Origin: Octopus vulgaris
Lineage: Eukaryota
Direction of reading: 5' to 3'
DNA length: 64,000 bases
Assembly: GCA_951406725.2 (NCBI GenBank)
Contig: OX597822.1
Span: 53,196,001 to 53,260,000, forward strand
The translations under genes were made by a program, and so were the position numbers. Positions 1 to 13,782 of this stretch are shown here, in pieces (the stretch's first letter is position 1; every line of letters starts with the position of its first letter). A model generated the notes under the pieces. It worked only from the letters and a program-made list of their open reading frames with translations, ran no database searches and was not told the origin of the DNA.

Positions 1-128
1 TGTGAGTGCAGTGTGTGTTGCTGCGTTTGTGTGTGTGACTGTCCAACATATAAAAAGCCGCAAAGTGTACAGTTCAGACAATAGATGATGTTAGAAGAAC
101 TGCAAGAGAATATATATATATATACATA

Positions 129-316
129 GGTGCAGGAGTGGCTGTATGGGAAGTAGCTTGCTTATCAACCACATGGTTCCGGGTTCAGTCCCACTGCATG
201 GCACCTTGGGCAAGTGTCTTCTACTATAGCCCCGAGTCTTCTACTAAAGCCTTGTGAGTGGATTTGGTAGACGAAAACTGAAAGAAGCCTGTCGTATATA
301 TGTATATATGTATATA

Positions 317-362
<46 letters not shown>

Positions 363-368
363 TATATA

Positions 369-403
<35 letters not shown>

Positions 404-593
404 GTGTATATGTTTGTGTGTGATAACCGATGCTGGTATGTTTACGTCCCCGTAACTTAGTGGTTCGGCAAAAGAGAACGATAGAATAAATACTAGGCTT
501 ACAAAGAATAAGTCCTGATGTGGATTTGCTCGACTAAAGGCGGTGCTCCAGCATGGCTGCAGTCAAAATGACTGAAACAAGTAAAAGAAAGTA
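129..593 (+). mobile_element. tRNA-derived SINE, family A
   Basis: Head GGTGCAGGAGTGGCTGTATGG (A-box-like) and GGTTCAGTCCC (B-box-like), internal (TA)n, tail GCAGTCAAAATGACTGAAACAAGTAAAAG; the same sequence recurs many times in the window. Confidence 0.85.
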
Positions 594-624
594 AATACAT
601 ATACACACGCACACACACAGTGTA

Positions 625-956
625 TGCGTAACTGGTACTCATTTCATCGACCCCGAAATGCTGAAAGGCAAATTCGACTTCGGCGGAATTTGAACTCAGA
701 ACGTTAAAGGCGGATGAAATACCTATTTCTTTGCTGCCCACAAGGGGCTAAACACAGAGGGGACAAACAAGGACAGACAAACGGATTAAGTCGATTATAT
801 CGACCCCAGTGCGTAACTGGTACCTATTTAATCGACCCCGAAAGGACGAAAGGCAAAGTCGACCTCGGCGGAATTTGAACTCAGAACGTAACGGCAGATG
901 AAATACCGCTAAGCATTTTGTCTAGCTTGCTAACGACTCGACCACCTTACCGCCTT
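625..956 (-). mobile_element. tRNA-derived SINE, family B (two nested or partial copies; core resembles the Meta-SINE domain)
   Basis: Reverse strand reads GAGTTCAAATTCCGCCGAGGTCGACTTTGCCTTTC...GGGGTCGAT...GTACCAGTT twice; recurrent in the window. Meta-domain assignment is from memory only. Confidence 0.75.
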
Positions 957-977
957 AATAATAATAATAATAATAAC

Positions 978-1070
<93 letters not shown>

Positions 1071-1080
1071 AATAATAATA
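957..1080. repeat. (AAT)n(GAT)n compound microsatellite
   Basis: Directly visible. Confidence 0.95.
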
Positions 1081-1216
1081 AATCCTTTCAACTATAAGAA
1101 GACAGCCTAAAATTTAGGGCTAGTCGATTAAATAACCCCAGCAATTAAAATAATTATCATCCCGTTACTGACATCATTATCATCACTATAGCTATCATCA
1201 TAACCACTACCACAAA

Positions 1217-1306
1217 CCACCACCACTACCACCACCACCACCACCACCACCACCACCACCACCACCACCACCACCACCACCACCACCACCACCACCACCA
1301 CCACCA
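1217..1306. repeat. (CCA)n microsatellite
   Basis: Directly visible; explains the poly-Val and poly-Gly ORFs. Confidence 0.95.
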
Positions 1307-1614
1307 TCACAATCCTCATCATCATCTTCGACGACGACGTCATCCCACAAACTCATGCTTTCTAACCTTAACGAACCCTGCTTATTGTTTGTCTTTCCAA
1401 CACGCTCATCAATTAAACAGACAATTAAATTCAATTTTAACAACGTGGCCTTCCATACTTCCTACTTGAACACACACACACGCGCGCGCATGCACACACA
1501 TACACACACATACACACATGCATAAAACCTATTATTGAAGCACAATCTGAATTTCACACATTTGCTAGTTATTTATGCAGTCACATATATTTCTAACGAC
1601 ACACACATACTCAC

Positions 1615-1692
<78 letters not shown>

Positions 1693-2023
1693 TCACGTCA
1701 TACAACGAGCAATTAAGGTATTAGTTGTGAAAGATATATAAGCTACACTTATATATTATTAAAAATTAATTTCCATTTTCTTTAAACAATATAATTTAGA
1801 TTTGAATACACCCGTATTCGCATCTAGCTGTTTGTCTTACCTTTATCTCCTCCTACGTCTTTCAGTCTTCATCGCCAGTATAATGAGCCGCACTATATTG
1901 ATCAAGATAACGGTGAGCAAGATCATCAGCTTTATCTTTAACCCTTTAGCCTCCGTTCTCTTTCCTTACCTTTTTCTCATTCACTCCTTGCTTTACTTTC
2001 TCTCTTCCTCTCTTTTCCTTTTC

Positions 2024-2071
<48 letters not shown>

Positions 2072-2125
2072 GTCAATGTGTATGAACATATACAATCTCT
2101 CTTACTTCATTCAATGGACTATACA

Positions 2126-2360
2126 AATATGTTTCTTTATTAGCCACAAGGGGCTAAACATAGAGAGGACAAACAAGGACAGACAAACGAATTAAGTCGA
2201 TTACATCGACTCCAGTGCATAACTGGTACTTAATTTATCGATCCCGAAAGGATGAAAAGCAAAGTCGACCTCGGTGGAATTTGAACTCAGAACGTAACGG
2301 CAGACGAAATACGGCTACGCATTTCACCCGGTGTGCTAACGGTTCTGCCAGCTCGCCGCC
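2126..2360 (-). mobile_element. SINE family B
   Basis: Closely matches 725-956. Confidence 0.8.
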
Positions 2361-4030
2361 CTTATACAAAAAAGGTAATGGAAATGGATCCTACGTTAGT
2401 TTCGATGAAGCGTATTCCAGCTTTTTTAATTAATTGAATCATGTACTTATTTTTTTAGAGAATAAGTGGCTGAGTATTGCAAAGCTATTTATGGCCTTAA
2501 CTTAAATCTCAGGCACAATCAGCATGACACAGTATGTGACACAGTTTTCCTTTTAAATTTTCATTTATTCGAAATCACTCCAAGCAAGAGCCACTGGCAA
2601 ATAGTTGAGAGAAAGGGAAAGCGGCAATAATGAAATAAATACTCGAGATATACATGCGTATTTCAGATAGAAAATGAAGGGTACCTATGTAATAATTGAT
2701 AGATGATTTAAATGAAATAAAATGTGATTGTAATAATAAAACGGATAAAAGAAGTGAAGGTTATAAGATATAGAGCATGAGGTGCCGATAGAGGAAAAAA
2801 TAAAACGAAACAAAATTATATTTCGTTTTTGGATTTGGTTTGTAAGATTCTTTATGTGAGTTCGTGTGTTGAAGCATATTTTGTTGTGTGTGGAGAGAGT
2901 CATTTTCTTTTTGTGCCTTATAATTTAACACACTCACCGGTAAAATTTCCACTGATTCCTTATTTTTATTTTCCTAAAAATTTTCGTTGCGTCTGGCAAC
3001 CTTTTCAATAGTCTTGGCTATTGAAAATTATAATTTAATTGTGCCTTATAATTTAAGGCACAAAAAGAAAATACTCATCCCAGACACAACAGAAACAAAA
3101 TTAGATGGCAATAAAAGGGCCAAGAAAAATATATAATAAAGGAAACCACCAATGTTAGGCCAAGTATTTGTTAATCCTGAATTTAAATAGATCAAGGTTA
3201 TATTCTGCAAAAAGAAAAGTAAACATGAAAACTTAAGCAAGGTTTCGATTAATTACATTAGGCAAACTTTATCACTTCTAATGGAAAATATTCAGATTAA
3301 AAAGACCAGCTGAGGAACGATTTTCTTCAGGACATATTCTTTGTTACTAAATGCAAAAATGAGACCGACTTGCAACATTCCGTCTATAATAGGGCACTGA
3401 ATTGACGAGGAGATATCGACATTAAATAGATTGTGTATAAGATTCTTCACTCTATCAAGATGATCAGTATACATTTAGAAGAACTTACGCAAATATGTAT
3501 CATTCCAGTTTCGAACGCAGATCTGACTCTACAATAGACCTTCATCTCTTAGGAACTACTTGAGTTATAGAACGAAGGGCCAAGGTAATTTTCATAATCT
3601 AAACAAAACTGACAACAAAACTAATATAGGGAATTATCTCTAATCGTTATACATTTTACAGCCAAGTGTTCTCCAAACAAAAGATTCTTCATCATTGAAA
3701 TAGAGGTGATGGAAATTTTCCAGGTTAATCTAGTTGGCTTAAATGTAGGATGGCTATGGTTCAATATTGCACAAACTGAAAAGATCATCTGTTAGGTGCA
3801 AGCGTGTAATAGAAATTAGACTGTAAATAGATGATTTGCAAGTTTAGTCAGCCATGACCCGACTATCAAATGAACTCATCGGTTACATATTTGCATTGGC
3901 CAACAGCTAAATACCCGAAGTTTCCAGCAATAATTAGATACAAGATTAGATAGATAGATAGATATAGATAGATGGGTAGGTAGGTGGGTGGATGGATGCA
4001 TAGATGGATGCATCGATAGATGCATGGATG

Positions 4031-4074
<44 letters not shown>

Positions 4075-4509
4075 AAAGTACCGGTGTATCAAATACCATA
4101 CAATGAAATTTTTAAATCATTAGAATTATCTCCGCCTCTAGAGGATAATTACGAAAGGGCAGTTATAACCAGATCTATTTGATAAGGGAAAATAATCTCA
4201 AAATTCAAGTAAATCTCCAAAACTGACATGCCTTTAATGAAATGTACATGCTTCTTGTCTGAAAGTAAGAAGTCAGTCGTGGACACATCTTCGTGGTCCT
4301 GTAGCCTTCATCAACACAACAATTGTCGATCATATATATGGCCAGTAACCAAAGTACTTAGAAAAATATTATGGCCCAGGTAATTTTCATAATCTAAACA
4401 AAAATGACCCAAGAGAAATAACTCGAAGTAGCCAGTGGCGTGATTTTGAATAATACCATGCACGAAAATTCTTGACTAATTAGAATTATCTCCGCTTAAG
4501 ATTGTATGT

Positions 4510-4710
4510 ATGTACATCGGTTTATATCGGACAAATGAGTGGAGTGCTCAATATATGTTGTAGAAGATATGATAATTTTAATGAAACTTGAGCGGCAAGA
4601 TTATAAACTAACTTTAGAAAAAAACTCAGCCATCTGTCTGATATAGTTAAGCACATCAACCCGATACCTATTAATGAGGCTGTATATATTTTAACGACCA
4701 TAGAATAATG
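4510..4710 (+). pseudogene. Possible highly decayed PLE GIY-YIG fragment
   Basis: Manual translation CTSVYIGQMSG...INEAVYILT with stops; a YIG motif only. Confidence 0.3.
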
Positions 4711-5111
4711 AAAGGTAATGGAGGAATGAGATAGCATTTGCATTTGGAACATGTAGTTATGCACCAAACAACTGATGATTGGTTGTTAGGTACATTGGTG
4801 ATGCATAAACTCCGATCTCATTTGAATTTCTGTATAGAGATAAATAGAAATATGTTCTATATCTCAAAGTACAATCTTGTATGCACACACTTAGGCTCAC
4901 TTCATCTCTGCCATGCCTTGCAGGGTATTGGCCATGGAGTGATTTTTCTCTCCATTTCTTCCCGAGCATGTTTTATACTTCTGTTTCATGTTGTTTCTTG
5001 CCTCTTCGGTCATTTATGTAAAAAGCAAACCTGGAACCTTCTCTACGTTGGATCTGGAATTCATAGTGGATCAGGAAACTGCGTACCGGACTGCATGCTT
5101 ACGTATAATTT

Positions 5112-5211
<100 letters not shown>

Positions 5212-6312
5212 TATATGCGGTTGTGAATCACCATTCACACACATGCATATTTATGTGTATACATGTTCGTTGTAGACTTTAGTTTATTCAGTTACTCGTT
5301 CCACATATACAAGACGAACGCGTGTGTGTGTGTGTTTGTGTATGTGCTTATATGTATGTATTTATAGTTTTTTAATCAATTTGATGGCTAATAATTTCAT
5401 TTCATTCCAAGAGACAGCTTCCAATACTAATTAATGCTAATCATTACCGTATGCAACACATCAATTATTTAGTAAGTTTGCAAACAATGAACGGTATTCA
5501 ATTTTAAAAATTAAGAAATGCTTACCATTTAAATTTTACCTCGGCTTCGACTTACATTTTTTCTACTCTAACACTTCTTGGTCCAGGCAACCTCACCGCT
5601 GTAATTTTTTTTTGGTCTAACCCTTCCCTATATTTCTAAATGTTCATATCTATAACTCGATATATTTTTAATTTTCTAAATTCTTCTCTGACTCCACTAC
5701 AGTTATTTTTTTTATTCGCAGGTGTTGACTGAGGTTCACCCCTAAGCAATTTTTGTTATAAAATATCCGAGATAAAAAATTAATTTGCAGTGAAGAGTTT
5801 TCTTTTTTGGGGGTGGAAGAAAAACAAACTAAGCTAATGCTTGTTCGTTAAAACTGATGGCGTTGCGGCTACATTCAAACGTTTGATTTCATTAAATAAT
5901 TTCGTTACCTATCTCTTATGATGAAACACCTGAATAGATCCTGAATAGATGTAAAGCAAATTCGATTCCACCAAAGCTTTGATTCCTATATAGAAATACG
6001 AGGGTAAAAATTAATTAACAATTTAGTATGACTCTCTCCCAAATCATTAGCTGAAAACCTTTATAATATTAATTTCTAACATAGATACAAGAACTCAGTT
6101 TTGGGAGGAGGGTACAGTTTATAAAAAAAACACTAGTAGTTAACTGGTACTCATTTTTAAAGCACCTGAGAAATGGAAGTTGACATCGGAGTGACTTGAA
6201 TCCAGAACGTAGAGTCGTAACTAAATAACGCATGGCAAGTTTGTCTAATTCTCTAATGTTTCTTTCAATCTATCGTCATTAAAGGGATTATAATAATAAC
6301 TGTTCCAGCTGT

Positions 6313-6358
6313 TTCCGGCTGACGAGACACAACATGTCGAAACACCGGTGTCGCAGAA
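6313..6358 (+). ncRNA. Type I hammerhead ribozyme motif
   Basis: CTGACGA, stem II GACA/TGTC, GAAAC, palindromic stem III ACACCGGTGT, GTC site; stem I partly mismatched. Confidence 0.75.
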
Positions 6359-6531
6359 TGCGCTGCGCCAATGAGCCGAGTGTGCTGGGAACAATGTCAT
6401 CTTAAATGCAGTGACAAGCATATTTTGCATATGAACACTGCATGGACGTGTTAAGAATAAATATTAACTGTATAACTCATAAAAAAAGTAGTACATATCC
6501 TTGGTTCATGCCCAATGCAAGAATGTATTAG

Positions 6532-6926
6532 TACTCTTTTACTCTTTTACTTATTACAGTCATTTGACTGCGGCCATGCTGAAGCACCACCTTTTGTTGA
6601 GAAAATCGACCCCAGGACTTATTCTTTGTAAGCCTACTACTTATTCTATCGGGTTCTTTTGCCGAATCGCTAAGTTACGGGGAAGTAAACACACCAGCAT
6701 CGGTTGTCAAGCGATGTTGGGGGGGGGGACAAACACACATATATATACATATACATATATACGACGGACCTCTTTTCAGTTTCCATCTACCAAATCCACT
6801 TAGAAGGCTTTGGTCGGTCCGAGGCCATAGTAGAAGACTTTTGCCCAGGGTGCCACGCAGTGGGAGTGAACCCGCAATCATGTGGTTGGTAAGCAAGCTT
6901 CTTACCACACAGCCACTCCTGCGCCT
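6532..6926 (-). mobile_element. SINE family A
   Basis: Reverse complement of 129-593. Confidence 0.85.
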
Positions 6927-7296
6927 ATATTGATTATATTGTTCATTATATTGCGCCTATTTTGATTATATTGCTCATGCAGTGTTGCCTCTGTTCGAGT
7001 TGATCCAGTATCTGAAGAGATATATCACAAATCCTGCCTCTGCTCATGTGGTTTAATCCACCGCCAAGACAATTAGCTCATAACTGTAGTTGATCCTCAG
7101 CAGATATTGTACGCATATTTCAAATTACTGTGTTTCATACAGAGTCCAACTTCTTGTCTGAGCCTATGAAAAGGCATTCTGTCCCAGTTTTTATCCAGTG
7201 ACCAATGTCTCTAATTGTCAGTCAGATTTCTCGTCAAAGACAATCCGTGGGTACTGCTTCGGATTGTGATTGTGTGTGTGTGTGCGTGATTGTGTG

Positions 7297-7367
<71 letters not shown>

Positions 7368-10300
7368 ATGCATGTGAGCGCGAGTGCAAGGAAGTGTCTA
7401 TCTCGCACAGGTACCAAACTTCAAAATGATACACCACTTCGTTCTGAAATATTTCAAACGACGACGAAGCCAACATTAGAAGCGGAGGCGGAGGAGGAGG
7501 AGAGAAAGAAAGAAAGAAAGAAAGAAGGAGATAAGAGTTAAAGCGGAATTTCTGTACCCCGCTTCAACTTTGGCAATTAAGAATAACCAAAGAGTTCGAT
7601 TATCATCGCGTTTTGGAAGGAAGGAGAAAAGTGTAGAATGTCAACTCATATTTCTTTTATCGGAATGAATTGATTACGCTTGAACCACGTAAGATAATGT
7701 TACATTGTATTGAGAATTAATGTATCATTATTACATGAATGGTTCGATAATCTGCGAGTCTGAATATTAAATCAAGGTTCACTGAGTTGCAGATGATGTT
7801 AAAAGACTGAAGGCATCGGCGTGTCTAACAGGTTGCTAAGATCGACATTCATAATCAGCGATAATTCTATTTAACCATTAATCATACACTATTTGAAAAC
7901 TTTTCCTATGTATTAAGGTTTACCATAAAGATATGACTGTAATAACAAGTTTTAGCTTTTGATATCTGAAGGCAATTTATACCCTCATTGCATTTACTCA
8001 AGAATCTCATACATTTTAATGATTTCTTCATTACCTATAAAGGCAAATTCTCTTGTGTATTCAACGAAAGATAAGTACAATTTTTTTATTATTTTTGTAC
8101 TTGCATTACTCTTTCGGTAACGTTTCTCAGAATATACATAATATTAGCTCTCAACAAATTCACATTACACTTCAGGTATCTCAGATTTGATCGTGTTTCT
8201 GGATATGAACATCAGATTTTTTAGCACAAGAATTTCCTATTGTGGCTCATAATGTGGCTAATGCTTCTTCGCTGCTAATATTCTCTTGCTTCGAGTATTT
8301 TAGGAGAATGCTACGAAGATTGATTCAAATATTTCTTCCGAAATCTCTGCTGGTTCGTCGATAATATTGAGGAGGTATGCGATTTTGTCCGCGTCATAGT
8401 CCCTTAGTACTACAATCATCTCTGTAAGAGTATTATCTGGTCCACAACTTTTTACTTAAAAAATTTTTTTTCATTGAGTATCTGACCTACACCTTAAACT
8501 TGGTGGTGGTCAAAGTAATTTTTTATCTGCAAATGCTCATCCTTTCTCTTGTCATATAATCTTTTGGTGTTTTCAAACCATTTTTCTTTCAAAAATTTTG
8601 TTTTTCCCCATCATTCTTTGATTTTGGGACATCCTGTGGAAGAGCAGGTCTGTTTCTCCTTTTAATTGTTATTTTTCTAATCAATGTTAGACTAAATGTA
8701 ACCCCTTCGATTACACTTCTAATGGCAGATAGAAATGCTTGTGAACAATAAGGTCCCATTTTCAACTCTGTAAACCAATATGTTGCAAGTTCTCCCTCTA
8801 TAGCATTGAGTTGTTTCGAAAATCGAAATCAATGATAGGTAATCGAATGAGAAGGAACGAAATTAATTGCAAACTTTCCATCCAAAATTGAAATCAGAAT
8901 GGTTCTAGTGGTTCTAGTGGTTGTATTGAATGGTTTCAATCAAAAAAGTAACTTTAAGTATGATAATCCGAATGGCGGTTGTTCTGTAGAGTATCTCATC
9001 TATTCATGTTTTTTTTCTGTGGTTTTCGATTTAATTTCGATTCATGTTCAAAGTTCTATTTGAGTTTGAAGACTTTTCACATTTGAAATATATTGATTTG
9101 AAATTTTTTATCGTAAAGAAATATGGAGAAAAAACTAAGATGAATCAGAGCAAAAAAATATTTCTTCTGCTGCGTTATTTGTCATCTGTATTCCAACAAA
9201 GTTCAATCAATCTTCTGGTAACCAAGGCTAATATCGATAAAATATATGGCAGAATTCGGATAAAGACATGTTTAGAAGATGTGGGATCAAACGACATATT
9301 CATCAAAGTATGGAGAAAGATATCTAATTAATTTCAGTTTTGCATAATACTAATCACTACTCGTATTTTAGTAGTTGTTCTTGTGACTACAGTCTTGTTG
9401 TTGCTGCTGCTGTTTAGCTTCTGGTCAACCCTGAGTAAGCAGACCTATGATCGAAAATATTCCAGCCGTGACTATCCTGTCTTATTTTCAAACATTGAAT
9501 GTTATACAAGATTGCACTGTTCAATGTCTACTTAAATTTTTATAATAGTTTTGAGTTATTTGAAGTATATTTTGTTGCTACATCTGGAAAACAAAACAAC
9601 CGTGTAGAGGTGCCTTCTTTGGCTGAATCTGTTGTCTTTTGATCAGCTTTTGTTAACAGTCTTTTAGAAAAGATTATACTAAACTGTATTGTTATAAAAC
9701 CTCAATCGCAGTTCTATGTTATTTTATAATTTTATAACAATTAGACCCGAGGCTTAGATACATAATTTGAAACAAAGCTTACAAGTATTAAACTATCCTT
9801 TCTATTAATATTATAGATATTGTTATGTTTAGAAAATAGAGTTCTTAAGGTTAGCCTAAGTAATTATATACGAAATTCCAAATAGATTTTTGATGTTCCT
9901 CACTAAAGTAGACCTATAAAAATACAACATAAACAATAGAGTTGCTTTTCTGTATTAGGAATTTTTTGTTATTGCTGTGTTAGTTGTTTTTCTTCTCATT
10001 GCACATCAGTATTTCTCTCAGCCCGGAGTGTTTGGAAAGAAATATACATTAGCAAGACTTAAGTTTTGCTCATGTATATTGTTGTTGTATATTTTCGTGT
10101 GGAAGCAACCCTCAGCAGAATGTACTGCGAATACTCGAGAGATATCTCTCTTCAAACTCACTGAGGCAGCCTTCGAAAAAAAAAAAATAGCTCAAAATTC
10201 GAAGAATCTAGCTGCAATCACAACTAGGCCGTTACAATTTTAACCGTGGTAGCAGCAACAACAGCTGAAACGTAACTGTTACATTAAGATCACTGTTTTG

Positions 10301-10439
10301 GTTGTTCCTTTTGTAAGAAGAGTTAAGGTGCGTTGCGAAGACAGATGGTCAAATTGAGAGATAAAATAGAAAACAGATGAGCACTGGGGTTGATCTAATC
10401 GAATTAGCCCCTTCCCCGAAATTGCTAACCTTGTGCCAA

Positions 10440-10442
<3 letters not shown>

Positions 10443-10502
<60 letters not shown>

Positions 10503-10570
10503 CATTATTATTATTATTATCATTATTATTATTATTATTATTATTATCATTATTATTATTATTATTATTA
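10443..10570. repeat. (TAT)n microsatellite
   Basis: Directly visible. Confidence 0.95.
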
Positions 10571-10571
10571 C

Positions 10572-11052
10572 TTTTTTTTCTTCTTTCAAATTTGCTTCCA
10601 TTTCTTGCCGAGTGTCTTCCCGACTCCTAGGGCAAAGAAACTCATAGTATACATTGGTAGACCATTAAACTAAACTCAATAGTTCGTTCATTTTTTTTTT
10701 AAGTTAAATTAAAATACATGGGTAGTAATAATTCTCACATCGACAATGCTCTTCTCAATACGTGTGATGTACCAGTTAAGACAATCTTTTGCACTTCTTG
10801 AAGGGATGGTAAGCCAGGGATCATTCTCATATAATTTTCGGTTCCCTTCTTGATCATTCCTAGTGCTCCTACGATCACTGGTATTGTAACCGCCTTGAGA
10901 TGCCACATTTTCTCAATTTCAATGAGTAGGTCTTTATATTTTCTGAGCTTGTCAAACTCTTTCGCTGAGATATTATGATCACAGGGGATGCTCATGTCGA
11001 TCAATAAGCAAACTTTATTGTTTTGGTCTTTCACAACAATATCTTTCACAAC
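10572..11052 (-). mobile_element. 5'-truncated R4/Dong-type LINE (restriction-like endonuclease C-terminus + 3'UTR)
   Basis: DIVVKD..LLIDMSIP..KLRKYKDL..IPVIVGALG..QKIVLTGT is a typical RLE domain; flanked by (TAA)n on both sides. Confidence 0.85.
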
Positions 11053-11053
11053 A

Positions 11054-11109
<56 letters not shown>

Positions 11110-11344
11110 GGCCGCCATACTATAAAGTCATAGAAATTTGAAGCTCCATAAGTTGAAATAGTGTTTGTAATCTTTACGGCCTTTAGCATTACCATTGGAT
11201 TTCTGAGATTGTCTGGACTGCGCCGATAAACTTTTTGTGTGGAAAAAAACCCCTATTTTGCAGGGAGTGCTCATCAATAATCTTTGAATTCAAACTCCTT
11301 TCGGCAAACGCAAATATTTTGCGATTTTCTTTAATTATTTAAAG

Positions 11345-12100
11345 ATGGTTGCTAAAGAAGCCATCATAATGTTCGACAACGGGACGCGTTCCTTGTCGGA
11401 GAAAAATGAAAACAAATATGTAGAATGGCCTACACATAATGAAGTCACCAAGGCGAATACTGTTTCGTCTCTAAGCAAAGTCAAAATTTTCGGTGACGAC
11501 AATAGCAACAACGATAGCAACAACAGCAGCAGTGACAACAATAACAGCAGCAGCAACAACAACAACAACAACAATAATAAACAAATGAAACATAGAAATG
11601 CGAATATCGCAACCGCCGCCACAACCACCTCTGTTACAAGGATTCCTTTTGCGATTGCGATGAGAAATTTGGAAAATTTCCGCATAGATGAAGAAGATTT
11701 TAAAATGGCTAAGAAAATTGTTCAAAGGAATGGGAGAAGGGTAGACCTAAACCCTCCTTCCATAGAGACGCCATAGAGAATATCTTGAGATGCACGGTCA
11801 CATACCGCTACACCGGAGTTAAATCTGGGCGGGTGGAAAGTGTGTCTGAGAGTGAATACAAAAATGCCTTGGGTGCATGTGCGAACAGAAGACCCATATC
11901 ACTAGAGAAAAGAAATTTGGAACTATTGAAGTGAGATTTGGGAGTGAAGAACCCATGTGTCATTCTGCGACCACTTTGAGGAATGAAAACTTCTTTCTAA
12001 TCTCCAGCTACCGCAGCCATCGCCTTGGTTAGGTTAGGGCGTTGAACGCGGTACCAGAAATATCTATAACCTGGTTAGTGGCGTTCGTCTTGGCAGCTTT
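11345..12100 (+). pseudogene. Decayed L1/Tx1-like ORF1 fragment
   Basis: Across frameshifts reads LNPP..ENILRCTVTYRY..HITREKKFGTIEVRFGSE..FFLISSYRSHRL..VRALNAVPEISITWL, which aligns by eye with the ORF1 at 29421-30678. Confidence 0.55.
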
Positions 12101-12111
12101 AGATGATGATA

Positions 12112-12170
<59 letters not shown>

Positions 12171-12172
<2 letters not shown>

Positions 12173-12726
12173 GCCCTGATGCAGTACCAGGCAGTGGCTC
12201 TCATGGCTTCTGATCTTAACTGATTGGAAGTGTTATCATGTACATTGTTTTGTCTTGGTATAAAAGATGGGCTACAGCAAATATTCTGCTCAATACCACA
12301 AATTTGCTTGTCAGTTGTTTGACCTTAACCAGTTGAGCATGTCCCTTAGTGGCTGACAATACGTGCATCTCTGATCACGAGCAGAAGTAGTGGGGGAGCA
12401 TCATGGCCATGTGTTGAGAGGGATTCTTTGGAGTTTGAATAGTTCACCTCTGGAAACATAGGTGTTTCGTTCAACATCCTAAAGCAACCCTTATTCAGGG
12501 ACCTTTTGAGCAGGATGGGCTACTCAACCTGAAGAAAATTCTAACTGGGCCCCACCTGCAAGGTCATGTGCTGTTTATTTTGATATGAGATTACCATGTC
12601 GCGCACATATGGTTGTGATGCATGTGCCTGGTGTACCTTTATCAGACGGGTAGTCATGATGGGTATATTGGGCTTCGTATATTTTACCCCAGTGTCACTT
12701 TGATGGCATGAACTGCTCTCTCACTC

Positions 12727-12727
<1 letters not shown>
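12171..12727 (+). mobile_element. ~555 bp non-coding (TAA)n-associated interspersed element
   Basis: Second copy in reverse orientation at 63139-63694; both are bounded by (TAA)n. Confidence 0.8.
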
Positions 12728-12760
<33 letters not shown>

Positions 12761-12773
12761 GTAATAATAATAA

Positions 12774-13347
12774 TGACCACATCTCACTCCTCTGGAACTT
12801 CACCATTCAAACTGACAGAAAGATAGATGCAAATAGGCCAGACATCATATTGAAAGACTTCAGACAAAGAACACGCCTCCTCATTGATATGACTGTCCTA
12901 ATCGATATAAACGTATCTGTCAAGACCTCCCAGAAACTGAGCAAATATAAAGATCTTGAAATAGAAATCAGCAAAATGTGGAACCTGAAGACTAAAACAA
13001 TACCTGTTGTCATAGGTGCCCTGGGAATGATAGTAAAAGGGGCTGATCGCTACCTAACTCAGATACCAGGAAACCCAAAAATGTCAGAAATTCAAAAGAT
13101 AGTGCTCATGGGAACTGCTCATATCCTACGCAAAATACTTTCTATGTAATCTCAAGTTTTAAAACAAACAATTTTCTTCTTTTTCTTTTTTTAAGACATT
13201 CACTAGTACAACACTAAATACAAAACCAAATATATGGCACACTAGGCATAACAACAACATGAACTTCCAACCTGTTGTCTCTTGAGGTCTCTAGGTGAGA
13301 CTTGGAGCCAACTTGTACAAATATAAAGCAAAAGTCAAACATAGAAT
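12774..13347 (+). mobile_element. 5'-truncated R4/Dong-type LINE (RLE + 3'UTR)
   Basis: WNFTIQTDRKIDANRPDII..LIDMTV..KLSKYKDL..IPVVIGALG..LMGTAHILRK; lies in (TAA)n. Confidence 0.85.
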
Positions 13348-13479
13348 AATAATGATGATGATGATGATGATGATGCTGATGATAATAATAATAACTTACA
13401 CAGTCGAATCAGAGGAAATATTAACAGTGACAAATAGTAAAAAAAATGAAATAATAATATCAGTGATGATAATAATAAT

Positions 13480-13614
13480 ATTATTTACATTTGACGGATA
13501 TTTATCCTCATCTTGTTTGTTGTTAGCACAACGTTTCGGCTAATATATCCCCCAGCCTTCATCAGGTGTCTTGGAGAAATTTCGAGCATGGGTTCTCATT
13601 CCTAAGCTACTTTT
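13480..13614 (-). mobile_element. Inverted partial copy of the HHR-bearing module
   Basis: Imperfect reverse complement of 13855-13985. Confidence 0.8.
13526..13571 (-). ncRNA. Minimal type I hammerhead ribozyme motif
   Basis: Reverse strand GACAC-CTGATGA-aGGCTG..TAGCC-GAAAC-GTT-GTGC. Confidence 0.7.
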
Positions 13615-13640
13615 CCTAAGCTATTTTACCACACTCCCAC

Positions 13641-13728
13641 GGGCATATGGCATAGTGGTTAGGAGCGCGGGCTACTAACCCCAAGATTCCGAGTTCGATT
13701 CCAGGCAGTGACCTGAATAGTAATAATG

Positions 13729-13782
<54 letters not shown>

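Noticed and set aside
13641-13713. tRNA gene
   Set aside because: Acceptor stem does not pair fully, no oligo-T terminator, and it runs into a repeat module; treated as a SINE head
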